DNA of 59,378 nt, filler included. It is 5 parts of 5 records of this genome, joined end to end, with 100 filler letters (N's around TTAATTAATTAA, not from the genome) between each part and the next. Parts side by side here need not be neighbours in the genome. Positions count along the whole stretch, not along the records: positions 23,173 to 44,348 come from SRR20825019_1339; 4 more parts are not named here. One strand, given 5' to 3'. Shown here one piece after another: positions 33,697 to 43,477 of the stretch. The notes below the pieces were generated by a model. The model did no database searches, was not told where the DNA came from, and worked only from the letters and a program-made list of their open reading frames with translations. Each line of letters starts with the position of its first letter. The stretch's first letter is position 1. A program made the position numbers and the translations under genes.

Positions 33697-34418
33697 TGTT
33701 TTTGGCCCTAAAACTTGTACTCGCCCACTTTATTGGAGACTTTGTCCTCCAGCCGGCACATTGGGTAGAGGACAAATTGGAGAAAAAAGGGCGGTCCAAA
33801 TACCTCTATTTTCATATCGGGGTACATTTACTGGCACTTTTGATCATACTGCAGTTTCAGCATATTGTCCCAATCATTGTAATTGTGGTGACACATTTCC
33901 TCATCGACTTGGGAAAATTATCGCTGACCAATCCAAAAAACTATCGCTGGCTATTCGTCTTAGATCAAGTATTGCATCTTTCGGTCCTTGCCGGTGTACT
34001 GTATTGGGCATCACCATTCCCGTTGGATTTTAGCAGCTTGTTTACCGAGAAAACCTTGCTGCTGATTACTTTTCTGGTATTTGTGACCTACGTATCCGGT
34101 ATCATCATGCGCATGTTGCTGGCCCCATATATTGATGAAGTTGCCAAGGACGATGCCGACACGGAAGGAGGCTCGCTTAAAAATGCGGGGACCTATATAG
34201 GCATGCTGGAAAGACTTTTTGTCTTCGGCTTTATTTTGATGCAACAGTGGGCCGCCATCGGTCTTTTGATCGCAGCCAAATCCGTATTCCGTTTTGGCGA
34301 CCTCAACAAAGGCAAGAACAGAAAATTGACCGAGTATGTCCTTATTGGCACACTTTTAAGCTTTGGTCTGGCCATCCTTTCGGGTATGTTTTATATGTAT
34401 TTGGACGAACAGCTTTAG
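33693..34418 (+). CDS. DUF3307 family membrane protein
   Basis: AHFIGDFVLQ, HIGVH, THFLID, DQVLH; C-terminal AGTYIGMLER..AAKSVFRF..EYVLIGTL. ATGA overlap with the satD stop. Confidence 0.8.
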   Translation: MMFLALKLVLAHFIGDFVLQPAHWVEDKLEKKGRSKYLYFHIGVHLLALLIILQFQHIVPIIVIVVTHFLIDLGKLSLTNPKNYRWLFVLDQVLHLSVLAGVLYWASPFPLDFSSLFTEKTLLLITFLVFVTYVSGIIMRMLLAPYIDEVAKDDADTEGGSLKNAGTYIGMLERLFVFGFILMQQWAAIGLLIAAKSVFRFGDLNKGKNRKLTEYVLIGTLLSFGLAILSGMFYMYLDEQL

Positions 34419-34490
34419 CCACTACCAAAAAACGAAAAAGCCATCCTATAAAGAATGGCCCTTTCTGAATTAATGAATCGAAACACTTGC

Positions 34491-35057
34491 TTAAAAAAAG
34501 TTGTTGTTCTTTAGAATTTGAAGGCTTTCCAATACGTTGCTTACCGCAAGGGTCATGGATTTTGCGGAGACCGTAGCTCCCGATATCCCATCAATATCTT
34601 CACCGTAAACCAATTTTTCACCGGATTTTCTTCCAATAAACTGTTTTAGCCAACGCTGGCTTCCCACTTGGCGCCCGTGGTCTTCACGGTAAATCAATAT
34701 TTTGGATTTTTTCACACTCAGGTCGGGGTTCAGTAAAACCACATAGTCAAAGGTTTTCTTTAAACTGGGAGCGACTCCCACATAAATATACCCGACCTCT
34801 TTCCCCGAAGAAGTGATCTTAAAAAGGTTTTCTCCTCCCAATTCAGATGGGGTTTGCTTGTTCAAATCAGACGGAATCTCAATCAGGTCCATTGAGAATT
34901 CCTCTACCTCATATGTTCCTTGCACGGCACTATCAATCTTTTCTTGAAGCTTTGGCGATATCTTGTCCGCCTTAAACCCAAAAAATAATAGCGCGATTAG
35001 AAGCACTGCTGCTGTATGTCCCTTAAACCTACTTGCCAGCATTCCCTTTTGAAGCAT
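34491..35057 (-). CDS. Extracytoplasmic FMN-binding protein (flavinylation target)
   Basis: YREDHG, WLKQFIG and DGISGATVS (SGAT flavinylation motif); N-terminal hydrophobic anchor. Confidence 0.82.
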   Translation of the reverse strand: MLQKGMLASRFKGHTAAVLLIALLFFGFKADKISPKLQEKIDSAVQGTYEVEEFSMDLIEIPSDLNKQTPSELGGENLFKITSSGKEVGYIYVGVAPSLKKTFDYVVLLNPDLSVKKSKILIYREDHGRQVGSQRWLKQFIGRKSGEKLVYGEDIDGISGATVSAKSMTLAVSNVLESLQILKNNNFF

Positions 35058-35952
35058 TGTCCATTACAAATTTGTTGATCAATTCGAGAATTTCATCTTT
35101 ATTGGCGTTAGCGGCCTCCAGCTCATAAAACTGCATAAACATAGGTTGTCCATCCACTTTTTTTAGCAGGGTGAGGTCTCCTTTCCTATCATACACCTCG
35201 TCCCATGCGTCCCTTGCCTTGGCCCAAAAATCTTTGTGCTCGCTCCACCAATCGGCAGCAGCCTTGCACCTTTGATCAGCTACCTTTACATAGGTATTGT
35301 ACCCTTTTTCTTGGGCCAGCAACACATCTTCCCGACCATCTTTACGAATGATCTTATCATTGTCCTGCTCGTGTACCCAACCAGATGATGTGATTTCTTG
35401 GCGATTGCCACGGCTCATAACATTGTAATCACTCCTTTTGGAATACTCCCTACGCGGTAATGGCGAATCACTTTGGTTCTCCCAGTAATGCTTTCCATCG
35501 AAATGCACCCACGTGGAAGAACCTGCATACCTGGGGCTATCATCTACCTGATACACTTTTTGGGTCCACTGCCCCTTCACTTTGTCGGCAGGCAGTTCAG
35601 AGAAGACCCAGTTATTATCCTTATCGTAGTGGAAAATCTTTTGGTTCTCGTACAGCCAATCCTGTCTCCAGTGTTTGATTACCATAGTATCGTTCAGCAC
35701 CAATAAATGTTGTAAGGAAATTTTATTGTCCTTATCCACTATCGGCAATGCAAGCTCCAACGCTTTGGAGGTATAATCCAAATGTTTCTCGTAGTCAATT
35801 TCCGGTGCAAAGGTCTCCGTGTATTTAAAACTTACCTCGTAGCAACCGCACATGTCCAAAATAGCTTCGCGGTCCAGTTCCTTCTTTTCTTGTGATGTGC
35901 CCTTAGTTGTTGCAAAAGCTAAAAACAGCAAGGGCAAGAGTGATTTTTTCAT
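35029..35952 (-). CDS. DUF6607-like secreted protein
   Basis: Signal peptide, DREAILDMCGCYEV, IKHWRQDW, WTQKVYQVDDSPRY, PLPRRE. Confidence 0.7.
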   Translation of the reverse strand: MKKSLLPLLFLAFATTKGTSQEKKELDREAILDMCGCYEVSFKYTETFAPEIDYEKHLDYTSKALELALPIVDKDNKISLQHLLVLNDTMVIKHWRQDWLYENQKIFHYDKDNNWVFSELPADKVKGQWTQKVYQVDDSPRYAGSSTWVHFDGKHYWENQSDSPLPRREYSKRSDYNVMSRGNRQEITSSGWVHEQDNDKIIRKDGREDVLLAQEKGYNTYVKVADQRCKAAADWWSEHKDFWAKARDAWDEVYDRKGDLTLLKKVDGQPMFMQFYELEAANANKDEILELINKFVMDNASKGNAGK

Positions 35953-35990
35953 ATTGGTCTTTGTTATAATGTTTTAAAAAATGATCTGGT

Positions 35991-36070
35991 CAAAAATACT
36001 AAACTTATTTAGATTGAATAAAAATAAAATATATATTTGTCATCAAATTAAATAGAATGAGTCTAAATAA
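35991..36070. promoter_or_regulatory. Divergent promoters with two Bacteroidetes-type Fur-like boxes
   Basis: TTATTTAGATTGAATAAAAATAA (36005-36027) and TTAAATAGAATGAGTCTAAATAA (36048-36070); -7 boxes TATATTTG (+, 36032-36039) and TATTTTTG (-, 35991-35998). Confidence 0.65.
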
Positions 36071-38222
36071 AAATATCAACCTCTTATTTCTAACCTTTAT
36101 TTTCTCCGTAATAGGTCTTGCGCAGGAATCCAAAAAACAACAAAAAGACTCATTGTCCATGCAGCAATTGGACGAAGTAATATTGACTGGAGAGAGCAAG
36201 GTAATGTCCCTGAGCAAAAAATTGTTCTCCGTAGGAACCATTGATCAAAAGGACATTGCCAAGGTCGCCGGAAACAATTTAGCGGACATACTTAATTACA
36301 ACCTCAACATCACCGTTACACCAGATCCGTCCACAGGGCGTTCCACGATAAGTATGTTCGGGCTGGACGGACAATATGTAAAGGTGCTTATTGACGGTAT
36401 CCCCATGGCCAGTGACAATGGAATGGGCAACAATATAGATATCACGCAGATAAACCTTGAAGATGTGGAGCGTATTGAAATCGTGGAGGGTTCCATGGGT
36501 GTTCTCTATGGGGACAATGCCATTGCCGGTGTTATCAATATTGTAACGAAGCGAGGATTGGAAAACAATCATAAATGGCAACTGCAACTATCGGTGCAGG
36601 AAGAAACCGTAGGCAGCGAATATGCCTTATTCGATGAAGGGCGCCATATCCAAAATGTAAAACTTAGCCATCAATTGAGTGATAAGACCAGTGTTGCCAT
36701 CGGGGGCTCCCGAAACGACAATGCTGGTTTTTTCAATGATTACCAAGGAAAAGATTACGTCAAAATTCAGGATAACGCCGTGGTGAACGACAGCCTCCGT
36801 GGTATGGAATGGAACCCGAAAGAACAATTGACCGCCTACGGAAACTTGAATACATCCATTGGAAAACACAACATCTTTTATAAAATTCAATATTACGATG
36901 AATCCGTTCCGGTATACAACCATTTGGTGAACGGCAGGTTGGACCCTAATACGGGCATGCCAAACCCGACCGCTTTGGACGAAAATTTCGACACGGAAAG
37001 GGTCATGAACAACCTCAACATCACGGGTCCTCTAAAAGGTTCCACGGTCTACAACCTATCGTTGTCCCATCAAACCCAAAAACGGTATTATAAACAATAT
37101 GTGTACAACATTCTCCAGCAGGGGATAGAATCTGTCATCGCCGACGATTTGAGTCAATCCAGTAAAATTTGGTACTCCAAAGGTTTTGTGAGCAACATGG
37201 TTCCCGATACGGATTTTTTCAACCTGCAATTGGGATACGAGTTCAACCATCAAACAGGGTTCGATGCCATTGCTACGGGAGAATATTCCAGTGATGTAGT
37301 GGAGAACACCTTGGAGAATTATGATTTCTTCGGGGTACTGGATTTTAACATCACCGATAGGTTCTCCGTATTTCCGGGAGCGAGGTTTACCAACAATTCC
37401 CAGTTTGGCAATAAGTTGATTTGGTCCCTCTCCTCCACCTACGACTTCAGCAATTCATTCAAAGTAAAAGCCGTATTGGGCTCGGCCTTTAGGGCACCCA
37501 ATTTTGAGGAACTGTTCTTCTATTTTGTGGATTCCAATCACAATGTACAAGGGAATCCCAACCTTGACCCCGAGGATGGCCTTTCCGTTTTCTTAAATGC
37601 GGAGGGAAAATTCCGGTTGTCCGATAGCAGCATGCTCAAAACCGCACTAAAATCCTTCTATTTTAATATTGACGGTAAGATTGCCTCCATCATCAGCACG
37701 GACGACCAAGACCGGAACCTGTTCACTTTTGATAATGTGGACCGTTCCCAAATCTTAGGTTTTTCTTTGGAGAATTCCCTTATGATGAACCGTTGGCAAG
37801 CCTCTTTGGGGGTGACCTATATGGGGGAATCCACCACCATTGATGCCTCCGAAGGAATAAGCAGTGACTTTTTATGGAGTTTCAACCTACAATCCGCCTT
37901 AAGTTATAGCATTCCCTCCATCAACACCGCATTGTCGGCACAACTGAAATACACGGGCAGGTCCCAAGTAGTGCTCAGCGGTACGGATGGCTCCGTAGTG
38001 GGCCAGACCGATGATTTTACTTGGATGGATGCATCGGCACGTACCAACATAACCAAAGATTTAAGCATTACGCTGGGCGCACGGAACATCTTCGATATTG
38101 TTCGGGTAAATGCCTCGGATACACCCACCGGTGCCCATGGGAGCGGTGGAGCCCCAAGTCGTTTGTTCGGCAATGGAAGATCATATTACCTAAAACTATT
38201 ATACAATCTAAATTTCAATTAA
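36057..38222 (+). CDS. TonB-dependent receptor, HmuR/iron-haem type
   Basis: LDEVILTG TonB box, plug VERIEIVEGSMGVLYGDNAIAGVINIVT, FRAP...HNVQGNPNL (FRAP/NPNL motif), adjacent to a HmuY-like gene. Confidence 0.88.
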   Translation: MSLNKNINLLFLTFIFSVIGLAQESKKQQKDSLSMQQLDEVILTGESKVMSLSKKLFSVGTIDQKDIAKVAGNNLADILNYNLNITVTPDPSTGRSTISMFGLDGQYVKVLIDGIPMASDNGMGNNIDITQINLEDVERIEIVEGSMGVLYGDNAIAGVINIVTKRGLENNHKWQLQLSVQEETVGSEYALFDEGRHIQNVKLSHQLSDKTSVAIGGSRNDNAGFFNDYQGKDYVKIQDNAVVNDSLRGMEWNPKEQLTAYGNLNTSIGKHNIFYKIQYYDESVPVYNHLVNGRLDPNTGMPNPTALDENFDTERVMNNLNITGPLKGSTVYNLSLSHQTQKRYYKQYVYNILQQGIESVIADDLSQSSKIWYSKGFVSNMVPDTDFFNLQLGYEFNHQTGFDAIATGEYSSDVVENTLENYDFFGVLDFNITDRFSVFPGARFTNNSQFGNKLIWSLSSTYDFSNSFKVKAVLGSAFRAPNFEELFFYFVDSNHNVQGNPNLDPEDGLSVFLNAEGKFRLSDSSMLKTALKSFYFNIDGKIASIISTDDQDRNLFTFDNVDRSQILGFSLENSLMMNRWQASLGVTYMGESTTIDASEGISSDFLWSFNLQSALSYSIPSINTALSAQLKYTGRSQVVLSGTDGSVVGQTDDFTWMDASARTNITKDLSITLGARNIFDIVRVNASDTPTGAHGSGGAPSRLFGNGRSYYLKLLYNLNFN

Positions 38223-38227
38223 AAACA

Positions 38228-39739
38228 ATGAGAAAAACTATCCTATTAAAAGCAATTGCACTCTTGCTCATCATCAGTTCTTGTAGCAACGATGACGGCG
38301 AGGACCTCATAGACTTCACGGTAAACTTTAGCAGTGAAACCGTTGGTACCTCTGAAGAGGACACTACAAAAGAGATTACCCTGAGCTTTTCAAGACCTGC
38401 ATCCGAGGCAGGAACTATCAACGTCACCTACACGGGTACCAATGCCGATTATGGAACGGATTTTACCACAACGCCAGATGGTGCATCGGGTACCATTGCC
38501 GTCTCCGTGGCAGCAGGTGACCAGAATGCATCGTTTACCTTCAACAAATTGTCCAACGCCATCGAAGGTTCCACAAAATCAGTGACCTTTTCCATTGACA
38601 GTTTTGATCAAACAGATTGGAAACAGGGGGCCAAAGCATCCACTTTGGTAAGTTACACTCCTGTTGCTGCTACTGGTGGTGTGGTAGACACGGAAAATGG
38701 CGGGTCCACTATACCCAACCAAGTCTATTTTGATTTTAGCTCTGCAACCCAGATCGCCGTTCAACGCGATACTTGGGAAATTGCACTCTATAACGGAACT
38801 GAAAACCGTGTGTATCTAAATTCTGCACTTGCAGTATCTGCAGTGGAAATTACCGGAGAAACCGATTTACTTGCCATTACAGAAGCCAGTGATCTTCCAG
38901 AAACAATGGATTTGTTCACGTACAGTTTCATATCACAACAAATGGAACCTGTAAGTGTTAGCACTCTTGCTGGCCTTTTGGAAGGTTTGCCCGTAGGATA
39001 TGAGCAATATGGGAACTTGGATGAAGGTATTTCCTTTACTGATAATGCCGAAGGAACTCTGGAAGGAACCGCCTTTTCCGAAGTGTCCACTACAGCAGAA
39101 GAAAATTACGTTTACATCGTTAGTCTAGGGTACGAAATCCCAACAGAACCTGCAGAGACCGGAAGCATTGCCACTACAGGAGACCACAGAGGCTTTATGA
39201 AGGTCCGAATATTGGGAGATGGAAGTACATATACTATCCAATATGCGGATTTGGCAGAAACCGAATCCTATAATGAAGTGACTGTATCCAAAGACGACGC
39301 CTATAACCTTACCGCTTTTAGTTTAAGTAATGGCGAAACCGTAAGCGTAGAGCCTACCAAAGCGCAGTGGGACATCAATTTGAGCGGAGTGTTCGCCTAC
39401 TATGGATCTCAGGGCCCAATTGTAGCAGGACTTACGTATTCCGACTATGTGCTGCACAACACTTTAGGCGATGTGGGACTCTACCAAGTAACCATTGAAG
39501 AAGGTGTATCTTCCTACGCCAATTTTTCCATGAACGATGTGGATGAATCTGCATTTGTTTATGACAATAGAGCCGTTGTTGGCAGTGGCTGGAGAGATGC
39601 CTTTGGCGGTGTGGTAAACGAAAATGTGTATTACGTACTCAAAGATGGGGACGGCAACTATTATAAATTTGATTTTACTGCCTACACCAACACCGAAGGT
39701 GAAAGGGGACATTATCAGTTTACATACGAACGCTTGTAA
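38228..39739 (+). CDS. HmuY-family lipoprotein with an N-terminal Ig/Calx-beta-like domain
   Basis: Lipobox LIISSC, QVYFDFS..RDTWEIA, YYVLKDGDGNYYKFDF..GERGHYQFTY. ATG at 38228. Confidence 0.75.
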   Translation: MRKTILLKAIALLLIISSCSNDDGEDLIDFTVNFSSETVGTSEEDTTKEITLSFSRPASEAGTINVTYTGTNADYGTDFTTTPDGASGTIAVSVAAGDQNASFTFNKLSNAIEGSTKSVTFSIDSFDQTDWKQGAKASTLVSYTPVAATGGVVDTENGGSTIPNQVYFDFSSATQIAVQRDTWEIALYNGTENRVYLNSALAVSAVEITGETDLLAITEASDLPETMDLFTYSFISQQMEPVSVSTLAGLLEGLPVGYEQYGNLDEGISFTDNAEGTLEGTAFSEVSTTAEENYVYIVSLGYEIPTEPAETGSIATTGDHRGFMKVRILGDGSTYTIQYADLAETESYNEVTVSKDDAYNLTAFSLSNGETVSVEPTKAQWDINLSGVFAYYGSQGPIVAGLTYSDYVLHNTLGDVGLYQVTIEEGVSSYANFSMNDVDESAFVYDNRAVVGSGWRDAFGGVVNENVYYVLKDGDGNYYKFDFTAYTNTEGERGHYQFTYERL

Positions 39740-39834
39740 AAATTCATTTATTCAGATGCTCAACACTCGACCCACCATACCTTTTGTTATCCCATCATCC
39801 TGAGTGGTTCAGTTTGAGTTAGTTTGTGTGAGGA

Positions 39835-39860
39835 GCGGGGCTTTTGGCCCCGTTTTTTTT
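39835..39860 (+). terminator. Intrinsic terminator
   Basis: CGGGGC-TTTTG-GCCCCG followed by T8. Confidence 0.8.
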
Positions 39861-39943
39861 ATCCTCTTTTACGACACTAAAAAAATCGATAGCGTTAAGG
39901 CAAAACATCAAAAAGCGGTTACTTTATTTAAAAACACATCATA

Positions 39944-40357
39944 ATGAAGGACGACATGGGAGTAATAGCAACAGATAACAGAAAAATACAATTGTTTTAT
40001 AACGGCGATACCAATAAAGGACAACAAACATTTGCGTACCTTAAATCCAGCAATAAAGAGGTACTGAACATAGACCTTTGCAAAACAAAGGTTACGGCTA
40101 CCCAATGGGCAGAAATAGCCGAGTTATTGAACAAGCCCATTAAGGGACTGATCAATACCGATCACGCCGATTTTATTAAAGAATATGGGGAAAACCCAGA
40201 TTTACAACGCGAGGACGATTGGCTGAAGGTCTTGGAAAACAACCCCAAAGTGGTAACGCAGCCCATTATTGTAAATGGAGACAAAGCAATTCAAATTGAT
40301 ACACCTTCCGAGGTAGTGCCCTTTTTGGAAGAAGAAGAGGAAGAACAGGAAGGCTAG
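39944..40357 (+). CDS. ArsC/Spx-like thioredoxin-fold protein
   Basis: WLKVLENNPKVVTQPIIVNG matches the ArsC family C-terminus; the usual N-terminal Cys is absent. Confidence 0.65.
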   Translation: MKDDMGVIATDNRKIQLFYNGDTNKGQQTFAYLKSSNKEVLNIDLCKTKVTATQWAEIAELLNKPIKGLINTDHADFIKEYGENPDLQREDDWLKVLENNPKVVTQPIIVNGDKAIQIDTPSEVVPFLEEEEEEQEG

Positions 40358-40405
40358 AGTTCCACTCCCCCACCCACATGCTATAAACACACCATTAACA
40401 CATAT

Positions 40406-41947
40406 ATGCCGCAAAACAAAAAATCACGCATTTTAAAAATTGGGGTCGGAATCATTTTAGTATTGATTTTGGCCGGTGTGGCGGCGCAACTCTTCTTCTC
40501 CGGCAAGGTAAAAACCGCTTTGAAAGAGAAAGTCCCGGAAAACATCAATCTTACCTACCGTGATGTAAGCACCAATGTTTTTACGGGCAAAATCAGTTTG
40601 AGCCAAGTCAGTGGCAATGCTCCCGGCAACACTATGGATTTTAAGGCAGAATCCATTACCATATCGGGGCTGGAATACCTCCCTTTGCTTCAAAATGGGG
40701 ATATAACTATTGGTGGGATTGATTTGGAAACGCCCAACGTGATGTATCATCAAAAAGAAAAAGATACCACTTCAAAAAAGAACAACTCTGCACCGTCCAA
40801 AAAATATAAGGTGAAAAACTTCCGTATCAAAAACGGAACTTTTAAAATGCTAAACAAGGATGGTGACAGTACCGCTACTATTCGGGGAATCAACTTTGCC
40901 CTGTCCGATATCCATTTTGACGAAAACACGGCCAAGGAAAAAATTCCCTTTGCCTACGGGGATTACGAATTGAACACCGAAAAAAGCTATTTTAATATGA
41001 GCCGTTTGGAGTTCATTGAATTTGGGAACATGCAATTGACCCCAGATAGCGGTAGGTTCCAACAATTTGTATTGCGTACCAAATATTCCAAGACCGAACT
41101 CTCGCGAAGACTTGCCGTGGAGCACGATCATTATGACCTTACCATTGATACCATTGCCCTGAAAAATTGGGAATTTGATATGGAAAAACAGCTCCCCTAT
41201 TTCCATTTGGAAGAAATGCAGCTAAAGCATCCTGTTTTTTATGTATATCGGGACAAGCTATTGCCGGACGATACCACGCACAAAAAATTGTACAACCAAG
41301 CGCTTAGAAACCTACCATTGGACCTTCAAGTGGATTCCGTCCAAATTTTAAATGGAAAAATAGGTTACGAAGAACGTGTTAAGGAAGATATAGAGCCCAA
41401 CAATCTAATGTTCACCGATATTGATGCTACCATTGGCAACCTGCACAGTCGTGGCCAAGGCGATGTGGATATTGATATCAATGCCAAACTTATGGACAAT
41501 GGTCCCTTTACCTTGGATTGGTCTTTTGACCCCCAAAACAAGGCCAACAATTTTGTGGTAAAGGGTTCCCTGTCCAATTTCCAGTCACAGAGCATCAATC
41601 CATTTTTAAAATCCAATTTAGGAGCAGAGGTCAAAGGCAACGTGCAACAACTCTATTTTACCATTAGCGGAAATGAACTCGAGTCCCAAGGCGATATGAA
41701 GATGAAATATGAGGATTTTGAATTTATCGTGCTTAAAAAAGACCGTTTGGGAGTGAACAAATTACTTACCGCAGTGGTAAACCTGTTCACGAACAAGGGA
41801 GACAAGACGGATAAAGATGGCTTCCGCTACGGGAGTTTCAAGGTAGGACGAAACCAGGATAAATCCTTCTTTAATTATTTATGGATCAACCTGCAGGAAG
41901 GTCTGGTCTCCACAATGACCGGCCACGGAAAAAAGCGTAAGAATTAG
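40406..41947 (+). CDS. AsmA/DUF748-like membrane-anchored beta-rich protein
   Basis: Single N-terminal TM, long beta-rich body, RNQDKSFFNYLW C-terminus; 1-nt gap to the DUF748 gene. Confidence 0.6.
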   Translation: MPQNKKSRILKIGVGIILVLILAGVAAQLFFSGKVKTALKEKVPENINLTYRDVSTNVFTGKISLSQVSGNAPGNTMDFKAESITISGLEYLPLLQNGDITIGGIDLETPNVMYHQKEKDTTSKKNNSAPSKKYKVKNFRIKNGTFKMLNKDGDSTATIRGINFALSDIHFDENTAKEKIPFAYGDYELNTEKSYFNMSRLEFIEFGNMQLTPDSGRFQQFVLRTKYSKTELSRRLAVEHDHYDLTIDTIALKNWEFDMEKQLPYFHLEEMQLKHPVFYVYRDKLLPDDTTHKKLYNQALRNLPLDLQVDSVQILNGKIGYEERVKEDIEPNNLMFTDIDATIGNLHSRGQGDVDIDINAKLMDNGPFTLDWSFDPQNKANNFVVKGSLSNFQSQSINPFLKSNLGAEVKGNVQQLYFTISGNELESQGDMKMKYEDFEFIVLKKDRLGVNKLLTAVVNLFTNKGDKTDKDGFRYGSFKVGRNQDKSFFNYLWINLQEGLVSTMTGHGKKRKN

Positions 41948-41948
41948 C

Positions 41949-43046
41949 ATGGCCAAAAAAAAGATATACAAGCGCAAACGGTATCTGTTCCCCTTGACCC
42001 TGCTTATTTTACTGATCGGGCTACGGATCGCGCTACCGTACATCGTAAAGAATTATGTAAACAAGGTTCTGGCCGACATTCCCGGTCATTATGGGCATGT
42101 GGAGGACATTGACCTTTCACTGATCACCGGCGCCTACACCATACACCAATTGTATTTGAACAAGGTAAACGCGGGCTCGCAGATTCCCTTTCTCCATTTT
42201 GAAGAAACCAATATTTCCATAGAGTGGAGTTCCCTTTTAAAGGGAAAAGTGGTGAGCGAGATCAACATGACGCGCCCTGAGATGATTTATGTGTTCGAGG
42301 ACCAACAAACGGAAACGCCCGAAGATGCCGATGTGGAGGATTGGTCCAAGGCGCTCACCGATTTGGTGCCCATCGACATCAACAAGCTGGAAATCCATAA
42401 CGGCAAGGTGGCCTTTGTGCAGCTGACCGCGGACCCCAACATTGACCTGCACCTGGAAAATTTGGAGCTCTACGCGACCAACCTTCGCAATGTGGTTAGG
42501 AAAGAGGCACGATTGCCCAGCAATCTATCCGCCGATGCCGTAAGCATTGGAGGGGGCGACCTACATTTGGAAGGTCAAATGGATCTGGTAAAGCAGATTC
42601 CCGACATGGACCTCTCCCTAACCTTGGAAAATGCCAATGCCACGGCCCTCAACGACTTTACGGACCACTATGCCGGAATCGATTTTGACAAGGGGAACTT
42701 TAACCTGTACAGCGAAATGGCCATTGCCGATGGCTACCTTCAGGGGTATATGAAACCCATTATCAAAGATGCCAAGCTCATTGGCAAGGAAGATGCCTTT
42801 CTGGAAACCTTATGGGAGGGTTTTGTGGGCTTTTTTAAGTTTATCCTAAAAAACCACAAGGAAAACACGCTCGCTACCAAAGTGCCCATTGAAGGCGATT
42901 TAAAGAACGTAAGGACGAAAATGTGGCCCACCGTGACGAACATTTTTAAAAATGCCTGGATCAAAGCGTTCAAAGGCATCATAGACGATGATATCGAGTT
43001 TAAGAACGTACAGGAAACCGCCAAAGAACAAAGTGAGAAGGACTGA
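41949..43046 (+). CDS. DUF748 domain-containing protein
   Basis: RIALPYIVKNYVNKVL..YGHVEDIDLSL..GAY, ATKVPIEGDL, NAWIKA. Confidence 0.7.
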   Translation: MAKKKIYKRKRYLFPLTLLILLIGLRIALPYIVKNYVNKVLADIPGHYGHVEDIDLSLITGAYTIHQLYLNKVNAGSQIPFLHFEETNISIEWSSLLKGKVVSEINMTRPEMIYVFEDQQTETPEDADVEDWSKALTDLVPIDINKLEIHNGKVAFVQLTADPNIDLHLENLELYATNLRNVVRKEARLPSNLSADAVSIGGGDLHLEGQMDLVKQIPDMDLSLTLENANATALNDFTDHYAGIDFDKGNFNLYSEMAIADGYLQGYMKPIIKDAKLIGKEDAFLETLWEGFVGFFKFILKNHKENTLATKVPIEGDLKNVRTKMWPTVTNIFKNAWIKAFKGIIDDDIEFKNVQETAKEQSEKD

Positions 43047-43477
43047 GTAAGGAGTTAGGAAGGCTATATCGTTTATAGGCAATCCACAAGCCCCCACCTC
43101 CTTTTTCCACAAAACCATTAACCCTTTACCGCTTCACCTTTCACCCCAAACCGACCCTTGGCTCCGTACTTCCAACTTCAAACTTCGTATTTATGGAAAA
43201 CCCCTAGTTTTTTTAAGGTTTTACTGCAATGTCAATTTGCTGGTAATTAGTAATTTGCAAACTCAACCTCCCATTAATTTATTTCAACACGTATTGTAAC
43301 TATGACCCAATGTCATAGGATAACCCCCTATACCTGTTAGTCTAAACACTAAGAGGTTACAAGCGGACTGACCATCCAACGTCAAAACATGTCAAAGCCA
43401 AAAAAAGACACCAAAAATAATTGGACGAGTATTCCAAAATCGAAAGAAAATGTTTTAAATTCAAAATTACCATTCGT

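Noticed and set aside
38021-38227. Extended N-terminus of the HmuY-like ORF
   Set aside because: Overlaps the receptor gene; the lipoprotein signal begins at ATG 38228.
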